The notes beneath the pieces are model-generated. The model saw nothing but the letters and a program-made list of their open reading frames with translations, was not told where the DNA came from and did no database searches. Below, piece after piece: positions 52,109-64,000 of a DNA stretch of 64,000 nucleotides. Location of the stretch: the NCBI GenBank assembly GCA_010093815.1, contig ML996565.1; one strand, written 5' to 3'. The position numbers were made by a program, and so were the translations under genes. This DNA is from Pseudovirgaria hyperparasitica (lineage: Eukaryota). The number at the start of each line of letters is the position of its first letter. Within the stretch, counting starts at the first letter, position 1.

Positions 52109-52980
52109 ATTGGGGGGCTAGATGGGGGATGCCAGTCAGTCGTGAAGAGTTGATGATACCCGTTAGATCAGACCTGTGCTGGGATTTTTTCTTTTCAAGG
52201 CTGGAATGGATGATGATATGACAGCATGGGGGATAAAGACGGCTTGGCTGCTCTCCATATGCCCGCTCGCGCCCAGTAGGCCATGGCAGCTGCCAGACAT
52301 TGGCTGTAGAAGCAGTTCGATACATGCGCTGGAACGATGACACGCAGATCAGATAGATCTGGCCTATAGTAAGCCCTCCCTTGCTCCAATCTATTTTGCA
52401 GCCCTGTTCTACGAAGTGTGTAGACCATATATAAGGAACCTCGAAATTCCATCTTTTCTCTAACATGAACCAACCTCGTAGTCAGCAAAGATTACGAGGT
52501 CAGTTAGCTCTCACAATCATCATGTTCACATACTCGAGATTCTATACTTGACTTGCGTAAAGCCCTATGGCACCATAATTCATTTGTCGTCTATTCATGC
52601 TTCGGCATAAGCCTTGGTCCTCGGCTCCTATCAAGCAATGAGTGGTTCTTAGGACGACTCCCACAGTAAACTCCCGCGGTACAAACGAACACCATAAAGG
52701 GCAGGGTCGGTGAAGGCCAAACCACTGCGAGCCAGCCATTGGTGTATGAGTGGATTAGCACAAGAGTGAGCCATCCAAATCTGCATAGGTCCCTTTTGCT
52801 TATGAACAGAACGCCTTGAAAACATGATTTACGAGAAAACAATTCGCGGTTGTCACGATTTCTTGCTTTTCTAATGGTTTTGGCGTGACTAATGCCAAAG
52901 AAGCAGACTGGACCCTTATAGCCATCTAGGTATGCGCATACCTGTTGCCATGCGTTTGAGGTATCGGAGCGTGTCCTGGA

Positions 52981-54437
52981 CTAGGCCTGGGTAATGATGT
53001 CGGGTGTATGCATCTCGACAGCTTCTTCGGTAAGTGCAACGCCACCTTCAACCTCAACCTCGCCACTGGCATTGGAGTGAATTGATGGCGCCTCAATGTT
53101 CACCGCCCCTGTGGCCGGATATGTCGGGTGGCACGCGAGTGGATTCTGCAGGCATCCCAGACCTAGACCGTCACTTCCAGTGCTCTTATCGCTGAGCCCG
53201 AAGAGAGACTCCAGAGCATCTTGCCACTTTGTAGGGGGCCCTCCCATAGTGGATGAGGACGCCGAAGGGTGGAATCCCCTCTGCACCCCGGTTTCAACTT
53301 GATGTTGACGGAAAGCTTTGTCGCCCTCTGTCTCCATGCCAGTGCAGCTGGTGGCAGGTTCAGTATTCACTGATGAGATCGACGCGCTGCGATTAGCCTT
53401 GAGGATGCCGAGTGGATTTCGATAGCTAAACCGACGTCCGATACGGTTGACAGACTCGGTCGATTCGCTTGTGAGGTCAGTAGTGCTCTTTGAGCGATAG
53501 AGTACTGAATCATTATTGTCTGGTTCGCTATCGGAAAAGTAGGAGCTAGATGTCAGTCCGCTATGTCCACTTGAGGCTTGCGCATCACTGCCACGAGGAG
53601 GTATGTCACGCGTCCACTTTGTCCAATTCATATCCCTCAAAACTGAGGCATCAATGATGTGCAACTCGTCCTTCTCGGTGACAGGTTCGTACTCCCCCTT
53701 GAAGACTCCCTCAAAGGACATGTAGACTCTGTCACGGAAGTAGTATCGGCAACGGGCGCAACTAATGAGACCACACCTTTCTCCACGACGCTGCTGATAG
53801 CTTGAGTATCTGGACGAGGATTGGGATATGGGCGATGAATCTCCGGAGCGATCTTTATACATGCCTCCCTCGGCAGAAGTAGCAACCGGCTGCATAGAGT
53901 CTTCGCGGGCGGTACTGTCAGCCCTCTTGATGCTTTTAGTCTTCTTCTTTTTTCTCTCCCTCTGATTGATGGCATCAGCCATGAATTCATTGACTTGCAT
54001 CTTGTCTTCTTTCAAGATTCTGATCTGATCCGGTGTATACTGACCAGCCTCGGCAGCTTCGATGACAAAGTCGCTCATGCCGATGTCAGTCAGTTCCTCC
54101 CTCAGAGTCTTCGGGCCTTCCGAAATTGTGTTGGTGGCCCAAACAGAGTCGAGTGCGAAAGGGTAGTTTGGTTCCGTTTTTTCCTGATGATCGTCTTGGC
54201 GACACTTATACACGATGCCGAGGGCAGGTGGGAAATGGCAGATTTGACATATGGTATCCGGTTGATAGACACGGTCCATGATGATGTGAGTGCACTGTGG
54301 TCTGACAGCCGTTCTGGTTGCATGTCGACGGACGGTCGGGTTGACGGCAGAGCTCTGCAAAGCATTATTAGTACCATCTTGGTATAGGAAGCTCTTACAT
54401 GTTGCTGGTCAAGGAAAGAAAAAACAGGTCCTCGCAT
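52981..54437 (-). CDS. Hypothetical protein with Cys/His (zinc-binding-like) motifs
   Basis: Long open frame with CTH..M.R.Y..CQIC..LG..YKCRQD, CARCRYYFRDR and C-terminal GVALTEEAVEMHTPDII. Putative first exon 54437-54399 with a 43-nt intron; start uncertain. Confidence 0.7.
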
Positions 54438-55919
54438 AAATACGTGTTGTGTGTAGATTGTGATACCAATGGTGCCAAAAATTTGCGTAAACCATATTTT
54501 GAGCGCTCGACGATGATGAGGTCGCCTCTATTGACTGGACGTGGACGTGGACGTACGTATTGAGACATGTGTAAAGCTTTTTGGACGCGTGCGCCCTCTA
54601 GTATGATAGCGGAGGACAATATGAGGGACCTAAGAGCTGTTTCCTTGGTCTTCGAACGTTTCAAAGTGGGCATAGCAGTGCCAAGGACAAGGTGAAGAGC
54701 GACAGTCCAGAGACTACGTCGAGAGAGGCTGTATGTCGAAGCAATATGAAGGAAGAGTGCGAAAATGGAAACGGGTGTAATAGGAAGGTGGAGAGTTGTG
54801 GGCGTTAGCCATGCGATGAGGTAGCTGACCCGCGATGGCGGTAGTAATGAGGTGAATCCACAAGTGAATGAAAGGTTGCTACAGTGTTGATAAGAAGACA
54901 CACAAAAGATCAAGGGAGATGTAAATGTGATGAAAGTGGCGATTCACACGGCGCGTATTTGCGTGAGAAGAAATTGATGAAGTGAAATGGCAGGCGCGTT
55001 GGGTGCAATGCGAGCCCCTATCTACACCCAAGCTCTTGAGATGAACAGCACGACCTCATACACTCACTCGTGAAAGACTGTGTCAGCACAGTACATAAAC
55101 AAGACGTAGGCTTCACCTGATACAACACGTTTGAAGGTAACTCTCATTGTCCATTCACACATGCAGCGAATAATGAGATACGTAAAGGAAGACACCAAAG
55201 AACTCAGATTGGAAAGGTTGGGATCCTTCCCTGTTACAGATGAAATGCCATGGCATGTTTAGAAGAAAGAGCATGAGAGGCAGAAGTGGTAACAAATGGG
55301 ATTATACAACCTCGGTCTGGAGGTATTTGCGACCTACCTGGAGTGTATTCACTTACGGCTATGTCGTGGTTGTTATATCAGTACTACATCTCGGTCATCG
55401 GGCTTAGGATGGATGAGTGCTACATATGAGTAAAGTCATTATTGTCAGGAGTAATTATGACTCTCCTGTGTTGAATCTTTTTCAATGTTGGAGACTGCTG
55501 CATGTCATCGTTGAAGAAGTAGGATAGGAGGCTGGCGAAGGCCGATCAGAAAGACAGTTCTAGCATCATCGGAAGTGCCCGAGGTTCTTTGTTGTTTGGA
55601 CGCGGCCAATGGCAGCTCACTGGCTGCCCTGTCTGCTAAATCACTGCCAAATCCTGCTATTTCTGCTAATTCTGCTAACTCGGGGCGGGCGTTGGCGTTG
55701 CAGGGTGTTATTAGGGGAAAACAAAACACGAGTCGTGCGCGACACGACTGCTGCCCCATCAACCGCTTGTCCCTCGCTCGCCTCATCACACTCCGCTTCA
55801 CCAGCTCACCTTTATACCTGTTGCCCACGTCGTCGCCATTCGTGCGACTCCGATCGTCTACACGCGCATTAACGCCTCTGCTGCATCCTGAGACCTGCGT
55901 CTGGCTCTCCATCCCCGCA

Positions 55920-56794
55920 ATGTCGGTCAAACTCGAGAAAGAGACCGTCAAGACGACCGCAGGTGTCAAAGCTCCTGATGTCAAGCATGAGAGTATTGCG
56001 CACGAACTTGGCGAGGCCCTCACCAAGGGTGGCGGCGTCAATGGCTATCTAGGTGTATGTTGTCTATCTTTCGTCTCTAGTCATTATATGAGCTGTCGCT
56101 GACCGCTTTCTGCGCAGGCCTATCTCCAACAGCTTCAGTCAAACCCTTTGCGCACCAAGATGCTCACGTCTGGTACCCTCTCCGGTCTACAAGAATTCCT
56201 CGCATCTTGGATTGCCAAAGATCGCAGCAAGAATGGAACATATCTCACTTCGAGAGTCCCCAAGATGGCTCTTTACGGAGCCTTTGTCAGTGCTCCCCTG
56301 GGCCACTTCCTCATCTCCATCCTGCAGAAGATCTTCCATGGCCGGACCAGCTTGAAAGCAAAGATAATGCAAATTCTATTTAGCAACCTGATTGTTAGTA
56401 CAGATCAATACTTGACTGAGGTATGATATTAACGTGTTTCCAGATCTCCCCCATTCAGAATTCCGTATACCTGGTCTTCATGGCCATTATTGCGGGCGCT
56501 CGTACTTTCCATCAAGTTAGAGCAACAGTCAAGGCTGGCTTCATGCCAGTCATGAAAGTCAGCTGGTGCACTTCACCCGTTGCCCTTGCTTTTGCGCAGA
56601 AGTTTCTCCCGGAGCAGACCTGGGTCCCATTCTTCAACATCGTCGCATTCGTGATCGGCACTTACATAAACGCTCATACCAAGAAGAAGAGATTGGCTGC
56701 CCTGAGAAGGAAGGCATACGGAGATGGAAGGACCGATGCCCGGACTAGTGGCAGACCCGGCGATGATTACGACAACAGACCTCGATACGGCTAG
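55920..56794 (+). CDS. Mpv17/PMP22-family peroxisomal membrane protein
   Basis: YLQQLQSNPLRTKMLTSG, YGAFVSAPLGH, FAQKFLPEQTWVPFFN. Introns 56054-56117 and 56394-56443. Confidence 0.9.
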
Positions 56795-57807
56795 GCGGTG
56801 CGAACTTGGATGGTTGGCGGGTGGTGGCAAAGGTCTTGGAGTTAAGAGTTGTGCATACCGAGCATGAACTTATGGTTGGTCTAGGGGCTGCGATAGTAAT
56901 CTCACGACCAGGGCCGTGGGGAATACTCAAGGCAAATTGATCGGACGGGGAACTGCAGATACTCGGGAAAGAGCATAGAAATGTGTGATAAAGATATATC
57001 GCATTTGTTGTGCAGCTTTTGCAGCAAGGAACTCTTTGTATACTCGATCTTGCTTGGAGGGCGCACTGATGCGACAATTAAGATAACGAAAACACTTTAT
57101 GAGATTGAGAAGTTCGGTCACACACTACAAGCTCTTCTACTCTGGTCGCTCCCCGGATTCGACCGTGATGCGTTACAAGACTCTGTAATCTCCTCGAATG
57201 AGATGTCGGGGACGAGTACACAAGCTATCGTATCACTGACAGTACTAGCAGATAGCACTGTCTACTGAGCTGGCTAACAGGAAACACAGCATTGGTCCGA
57301 TCTACACCCGCTTACACTGCGGCGCGATCCATTACTCCATGTTGACTTGTGCTCGCTAGCATGTTTGCTTCGACTAAAGAGCGGGAGGTATATATGCCAA
57401 TTCTGATTGCTACATGACATTCGCTGACCGAAGTCAAGGCTGTCTAATTGCTGCCACTACGCGATGTACACGACATCGCTGCGTCCCGATGTCCGAAATG
57501 TTTGTGCGCGTGACCTGTGTTCATAGCCTCATGTCACCATTAACGTCAATATGCCAACCGTCTAGCTTTGACAAACATCGATCGTCAGCTCGCTAGGCAC
57601 CACAGTCATGCCATACGAAGCGTCTACTCGAATAGCCAGCACAGTTTCGATAGCTGACAGGGCTCGACAAACGTAATTTCCAGAGTTGGGCCTTTCATAG
57701 GCGTGCTTTCATGTGTGTCGAGAAGGTGTATAAATTACTGGGCTAGTGGAGAGGATAGAAAATTCCGCAATTTCTCAAAGCTTCAAGTACTCATACTTCC
57801 AAAGAAA

Positions 57808-59718
57808 ATGTATCCGGGACTGTCCAAGTCTTTAGTGCCACAGGGCTATCATCAAAGACGATATCCTGCATACTATCCTCCTGCTACCAGTCTGACACGT
57901 TATGCTAGACCTCCATTTGCACAAGACTATCATAAGTACAAATCCCAGTCCCGGCGAAAGCGGCCAGGTTCGCGTCATTCCATGCTGAAAGATTGCAGCC
58001 TGCCCTTTTCTGCCACGCCCAGCTGGAACATCGACTATGCCACCGCCCAGCTCATCGACCACATACATAAGACCGACACGAACAATGCAGAGAAGTGCAA
58101 GTCGGCGATTGGAGACTGCTTGTCAAGCTTAGCAAATGATGGAAGCATGTTCGAAGCATTCGAGCTCCTGGATCATGCCATCTTTGATAACAAACTGAGA
58201 GGCGCAGTGTTCATGGCATGGACAGACGTTCGCCTGAGCGGATATGCTGCGACCTATGCGCCTGGAGTAAGATTCCCCCGCATTGCCATTCTGCTTGACA
58301 GTGAGTTCAGCAGGGTGAGAAATGCAGGTGTCTATCTTTCGACGCTGCTTCATCAAATGATACATGCATACTTCCTGGTTACATGCGTACCCCCATCTGA
58401 AGGCGTGAAGGACGCACGATTGGATCACGGTAAACACTTCCTCAAGATCTGCTCAGTCCTTCGGGATCTCAGTGTCCAAGAAAAAGACCAGACAATTCAG
58501 CCTGACTTCGGTGCGGTCGTCATGAAAGATGTACCTAACAACAACAACCCCTGGGCTATCACCATGTTTGGATCGCCATCAACCTTCCAGCACCGTCATC
58601 ACCACCACGACTTTTACAGCCGCTTCAATGACACCATCACCAAAGATACCGACGGCAAGCAAAGTAACTGCGGCTCCAAGCCCACCGAAACAGTCCAACA
58701 AGCCGATATCGACAAATGGTACACATCCACCTGCGAGCCCCTTCTCAAAGCAAAATCCTGCCAAGGCCCAAACACAAATGTCCTCGCCAAAGGCAACAAA
58801 TTAGAAATAAAGCCCCGCGACACCTTCGCAGAGCCCATCCACGAGTTCATACTCGACGACAAACCAATCGCCTTCCCGTGCTCCGCCCTCAGCCGCTACC
58901 CTCAGTCCAAAAAACTCAAACGCATCGTCCCTATCCCAAAGTCCTGCCCAAAGGAGACCTTCTTCGCCCTCACAGACTTCATCACCACGAGTACCTATTC
59001 CCCCGATCTATCCTCCTTCCCCTACCGCACCACCGGCTCAGCCCCTATCATCCTACCACGTTCCCTTGATGCCGCCGCTCAAGCACACGCCCTCGCACAC
59101 GTCCGCGTCGCAAAACTCGCGCTAGCCCTCCCATGCCCAGAGCTCGCCACCGAAGCCCTCAAGCGCCTCCATGACCTGCCCGACATCCGCGAGGACGCCG
59201 TGGTCGTCCTCGACGAGATCTACTCTGCCAGCCTAGCATACGGCAAGGTCGACAAGGACAAAGGCTATGCGGCGCCGGAGGGCCTGCGCGCTTGGGTTCG
59301 CCATTTGCTTGCGCGGGAGCCGGAGCACGCGGGGCTGGGTCTGGCAAATTGGGATGTACTGGCGTGCGAGCCTGGGTTCGCGAGGCTGATGCGCGGAAAT
59401 GCGGAGTTGGGACAAGATGTCGAGGTTGTGGAGGGTATGAGGGCGCAGAGAGCGTACGCGCGCGGTGGTGGTAGTGGTGGTGGCCCGCTTGATGGGTTTG
59501 CGTTTGGATTGGGCCAGGCGTTGCCCGGGGTGGATGTGTATGCGGCGGAGAGGCTTAGGGAGATCAGAGCGGAGGAGAGGGCGGTGGTTGCGAGGGCGGA
59601 GGCGCTGGGTGCGTTGTCGCCGCCATCAGGATATGAGTATGGGTTTCGTGATGAGCCGTTCTTTCCGGCGGCAGGGAACTATGGATCGTACTATCATCGG
59701 AGTGAGAGGTTTCCCTAA
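57808..59718 (+). CDS. SprT-like metalloprotease-fold protein (HQxxH variant) with C-terminal BTB-like region
   Basis: Intronless 636-aa ORF. FELLDHAIFDNKL..V...W, TLLHQMIHAYF and DHGKHF match the SprT layout. ETFFALTDFITTSTY and HVRVAKLA..L..PEL...AL resemble BTB and post-BTB helices. Confidence 0.7.
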   Translation: MYPGLSKSLVPQGYHQRRYPAYYPPATSLTRYARPPFAQDYHKYKSQSRRKRPGSRHSMLKDCSLPFSATPSWNIDYATAQLIDHIHKTDTNNAEKCKSAIGDCLSSLANDGSMFEAFELLDHAIFDNKLRGAVFMAWTDVRLSGYAATYAPGVRFPRIAILLDSEFSRVRNAGVYLSTLLHQMIHAYFLVTCVPPSEGVKDARLDHGKHFLKICSVLRDLSVQEKDQTIQPDFGAVVMKDVPNNNNPWAITMFGSPSTFQHRHHHHDFYSRFNDTITKDTDGKQSNCGSKPTETVQQADIDKWYTSTCEPLLKAKSCQGPNTNVLAKGNKLEIKPRDTFAEPIHEFILDDKPIAFPCSALSRYPQSKKLKRIVPIPKSCPKETFFALTDFITTSTYSPDLSSFPYRTTGSAPIILPRSLDAAAQAHALAHVRVAKLALALPCPELATEALKRLHDLPDIREDAVVVLDEIYSASLAYGKVDKDKGYAAPEGLRAWVRHLLAREPEHAGLGLANWDVLACEPGFARLMRGNAELGQDVEVVEGMRAQRAYARGGGSGGGPLDGFAFGLGQALPGVDVYAAERLREIRAEERAVVARAEALGALSPPSGYEYGFRDEPFFPAAGNYGSYYHRSERFP

Positions 59719-62700
59719 GTCAGGGCGTGGGAGAACTCATGTGTAGAATTCTCATACTTTGGAGGGCATAGAGCACGAAGATTGGGGTTGGTATGATCCT
59801 TTTCTTGTTTCCACCCCTTCGACACGAGATGCGAGCATCCTACTGCTGATTAGACAGCCATGGGAAGGTTGGCCCTTTATTTCGTCCATAGGATGTACGT
59901 GATGAATGGAATATCCTCATGATACATCATACAACTGCATGAATCAAAGGGACATGCTTCTCATAGTCTGCTTACACTACTGTATAGTATTGTTCCAGTT
60001 CTTGTCTCCATGATAAAGGAAGATGTATTCAGTGAGGTAAATGACGAAATCTGTTCCGTGGCTTTACACCTTGTTGGCTACATCCAGGAGAGGTTATGCG
60101 ATCTCGGAAGACGACTAGAAGGATGTCTAATAGCCCGTGATCGCATCATGTCACACCCAGGTCAGAAAGTTGGGTTGAAATTGAACGCGACAATCCGAAA
60201 TTATCATCACGAGATAACAGAGACCAACTTTGACCTTGACGATCTGAGCAAGGGACGAAGGTCGGGTTTGGGACCACACCATCCATAAGTGAAAAGTAGT
60301 AACGCATGAATGTGCTAGGGATATTTTCGCATGCGGACATGTATCATAGCTTTGGAACGAGGCATAGGATATGCCTGGCTGGCCTTGCGTACTATTCTGC
60401 GTACTGATTGAAACTGTGACAGTGCGGCAAAATACGACTTGGAGAGATGTGGCATAGTATGATCAATAAGAGTACTTAGGAAGGATTAAAGACTTTGCTT
60501 CAGACTTGGAAAGAAACAGTAGGAGAGGTTGATGTAAGCTCCGTTCGTCAGTCTTGTGAACGTGTACTTCGTCTCGGACACAGCATCCCGGGGCGGACTG
60601 TAGCGAATAGAGGTAGAGAGTTGCTATGCGTGTGGTTTTACATGGAACAAAACATGGGCACGGAGTGGTCGACTATGGAGGATCCACGTCTGGCGGCATG
60701 TCTCCAGCAGCTTCATAAGCATTGTATTGCGCGACTTCGGATGGCAAAATGCTCACAGCCAGGCTCTCTCTCTTGCAATGGGTCATACGGCAGAACAACC
60801 GATGCCGTCGCTGCGAGTACAGTGCAGATGCAAGTCTGAGTAATACACAACTTAGGCCTCGCCACAACTCACACCTCTCTATTGCTCATTCGACATATCG
60901 TCATGCAGGTGTAATCAGGATCGGACCGGCAAGCACACCGAATAGTGCATGTCAGCGGTATGTCATCCCATACACCCCGTACGTTACGATGCATCTGCAC
61001 GTCTACACTCATGCAATCAAGCCCAACGGACGCTTACGTGTTTGTGCCTTTCTCACTCCGCCAGTGCCTATGTCTGGGGCTTCCTCGTCAGGCAACGGAC
61101 ATAGTACCGCGAATGACAGGGTGAAATGTGAACAACATCGTTAGTAGGAGTCGTAGCCTGCGACCATACGTAATAGCTGATGTTGCAGGGCAATGGGGTG
61201 GTATAAGGACGGGACGGTCCCAAGAAGCGTGGGCTGGATATCGCCAATCAGCCAGCCATGGCACATTCCGGGGGGCCACAGAAGCAAACGGTATACGAGA
61301 CAACGTCCTAACGTAAAAGCAAAGGTTTGACGTGGCGTTTGACGACGGCAGACTAAATTAGGAAGCTGGGTGTGCATCTATTATTATGCATGCAACGGGG
61401 AATGCCACATGAGGGCTTCCAAGATTTACGAGATTGCAGTGATATGGCGATACTCTAAAGAAATAGAAGTAGTTCCGGGACGAACAGTGAATTGTCTGGG
61501 AAGGGATCTCGCTTGAGATGGCAGGCAGAGGCGACAAGATGGTCATTCGGCCCTGCAGCCGTGAAGAAGGGTCAGCTGTTGGCATGCTTTTTATCATGCA
61601 TTGCGGTGCACGCGAATATCAGGGCGATCCAGGGAAATGCACTTGAACGGGCATGATGCCCATGGGTGGGGGACATGTGAGAGAGCATGACCAGGCGGAA
61701 ATACTGGCAGGATTCAATCTTGGAACGTATCCCTTGTACAAGCTACAGCGTGTTCAGTGCAGCGTCGTTTGATTGCGGAAGGCTGTAGCCACATCGTGAC
61801 GAACTCCGAACAATTTCGCTCCCAGTCTGCAAAGTCCCTCACGGCGGCGACGACGTCTGGCCCCCTAGCCGTATCCCTAGGTCGCAAGCTGGTAGTGCAG
61901 ATCCACAGCACTGGTATTAGACTGTTTTCCTGGGCGCAGCTGGCGCGTCCTGACCTTTGAACGCTGTTGGAAGTGGAAAAGTCTAAAAAGAACAGCAAAT
62001 GGCGGTCTGTTCCCTTATTTGCAACTCTGGCTTGGACAGGACCCGGGGGCAGGCCACAGTCAGCTAAGACGCCTGGTTCGGGACTGGCCGCCCCGGTACA
62101 CGCAGTGGCGCTTCATGCATGATGCATCATCGTCGAGTAATATGCTATTTCGGATTGCGACGTCAGTCTCGCCGAACTCGGGGTAGTTTACCAAGACATA
62201 CGATCCTATCATTCTGTTTATATTCATTTCAAGGACCACGTGAAGGATTATTGGGCTGCTACTATTGTAGCTGTTGGTGTTTGTCCAGCAATTCGTCGAA
62301 TCAGTTGCATACATAATCAAGGGAAATACCCAGTTAGGGGATATAGAGTGGTGGTGCATACCAAACTTCCGAGTCCGTCAGGCTCGTCGTAGCATTTGGC
62401 AACTCCGTATCGGCGAACCACGGACCACGAGACGAAGACGAACCTTATGAAGCCACATCGGTGGATCAACGGGCCCTCCTAGGTTGGCCGGCTTGGATCT
62501 AGGCAAGTCAACGTCACAACAGGTGAGTCGTCAGCATGCTACGAGTAGTAGCCATAATGTGTGTACTGCGATTCGTATCATGCGATTGCTGGTCGAAGCG
62601 GGAAATGCGGCTTGGTGCCTGCATGCTGGGTCGCGTCAGTGTGTCGCCGGCCAATATCATCAGGTCAGGGTAGATGATACCGCCGACACAACAGGGGCTA

Positions 62701-64000
62701 AAGATCGAAGTTGCACGTCTGGTCAGGGGTACAAAGATGAACGTCGACAACCGAGGCGCTGGGATCAGTCGGATGGGGATGCTAGCTGTTATTATTGGGT
62801 CAATACGGCAGTTTATGGAGTAGGCGTCCATGTCCCGACTATGATGACAAACAGCATCAGCGTGTCCGTCTCCGTCCAATGCACGAAGCATATCCGTCTT
62901 GCTCCGTATCACAGAGTTGGTATGTGTCGTGCGGATCCATGATCAAGACTCACGAGGGCATAGGACCGTTGGCTGTCCACTAGGCAGTGACACTACTGCA
63001 GGCTGCTCACTCTAATATCCTGCTAGAAGTAGTATAAGACCGTCGATCGGCTAATTACAGGTGACATTTATCGCAGCAGCCTGTAGACAGATCTGCGATA
63101 AGTGGAGCAGAGCCTTGCAGTTGAAAAATGTCAGGAAGACGGCAGAGAATCGCGGGTCAAGGCTGTTTCCTCTGGACTACTCAGTTGACCATTACTACAC
63201 TCCTATCTTGTTGTATAGTCTCGTTCCGAAAGACTATACGTTTCGAGAGCAAAAATTGAGGTCTGGTAGTTGGGGATGTGAACGTGTGTATCATGAATCT
63301 AAGCGACGCTGAGTCAGTCTGATGGCTTTCCTGCACCTATTTTACCAATAATGAATCGAGGAGTCTAGAGCAAAGGCAGATAATACTGGTTGTTAAGACA
63401 TGCGTGTTGCCGGTCACAAACTTTCATTAGCCACCCGCCAAGTTCCTTGAGTCGACGCCTTCTCCGCGCGGTGTCTGACAAAACCAGTTAAGTATGGTGT
63501 AGTTGGCGGGACGTCCTGGATGCCTGTGCTATCATGCATGCTACAAGCAACGATGCGGCGCGGTCTTGATCGCGCACTTGCGAAACAAGGCGACATTCTT
63601 GACCGCTTTCACAAGACCGGACACTAGCATTGAGATTGGTCGCCGTCTCGGATTGCCCTGACACGAGCGCGGGAATCGTACATGTGTTGCTAGGGGGTGC
63701 TGGTAAGTGACAAAGCCGCACATACCGCAGCTGTCTAGAATGTCCAGGCCAGTAAACTAGGCCTTGTAATCCTAGGTTTCGTTTTGCATGAGAACAGCAC
63801 CGAATAATCGTGGCATGTATGTGCTCAGCCTCGCGGGGACGTCACGCAACAAGGCTATTCATCCCAATTCTGGTTTCTATCCCCAGCTTTCATAGCTGGT
63901 TTTTATTCTACGCCTGTTCGACCCATGTATGATGGTGAGCTACCCTTCGACTGCCCCGAGATCATACGTTGTGCTCGCACGAGGCCTCCGTAACAACAGG

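Noticed and set aside
62484..62942. Overlapping ORFs of 130-150 aa on both strands
   Set aside because: No recognisable homology or coding-like features

Overview
Eukaryotic DNA from a filamentous ascomycete (Pezizomycotina), inferred from short GT-AG introns with CTRAC/CTAAT branch sites and the gene families present. About 20 protein-coding genes can be modelled by hand. In order: LIM-domain (paxillin-like) protein, Sam35/metaxin-like protein, RFTS/DNMT1-RFD protein (Raf2/DIM-7-like), DUF3632 protein, RNase T1-family nuclease, proline iminopeptidase/L-amino acid amidase, C2H2 zinc-finger factor, MFS transporter, secreted tyrosinase, group I G-alpha, OHCU decarboxylase, a hypothetical protein, mitochondrial carrier OAC1, Swd2, a spliced orphan, an ADF-H/PH-like protein, Trs31, a Cys-motif hypothetical protein, an Mpv17/PMP22 protein and an SprT-like/BTB-like protein. 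I found no CRISPR array, rRNA or intact transposon. There is a 10-N assembly gap inside a (GACA)n tract. The most notable observations are: (i) a C2H2 factor joined to an upstream hydrophobic-motif domain only if the third of three clustered acceptor AGs is used; (ii) an SprT-like protein with HQxxH instead of HExxH, fused to a BTB-like region; (iii) a structured, tRNA-like Pol III candidate near 27 kb; (iv) repeated C-rich to G-rich skew switches in both genes and intergenic DNA; (v) a GC-AG intron; and (vi) several promoter motifs that fit the function of the adjacent gene. All family assignments come from motif recognition, not database searches.
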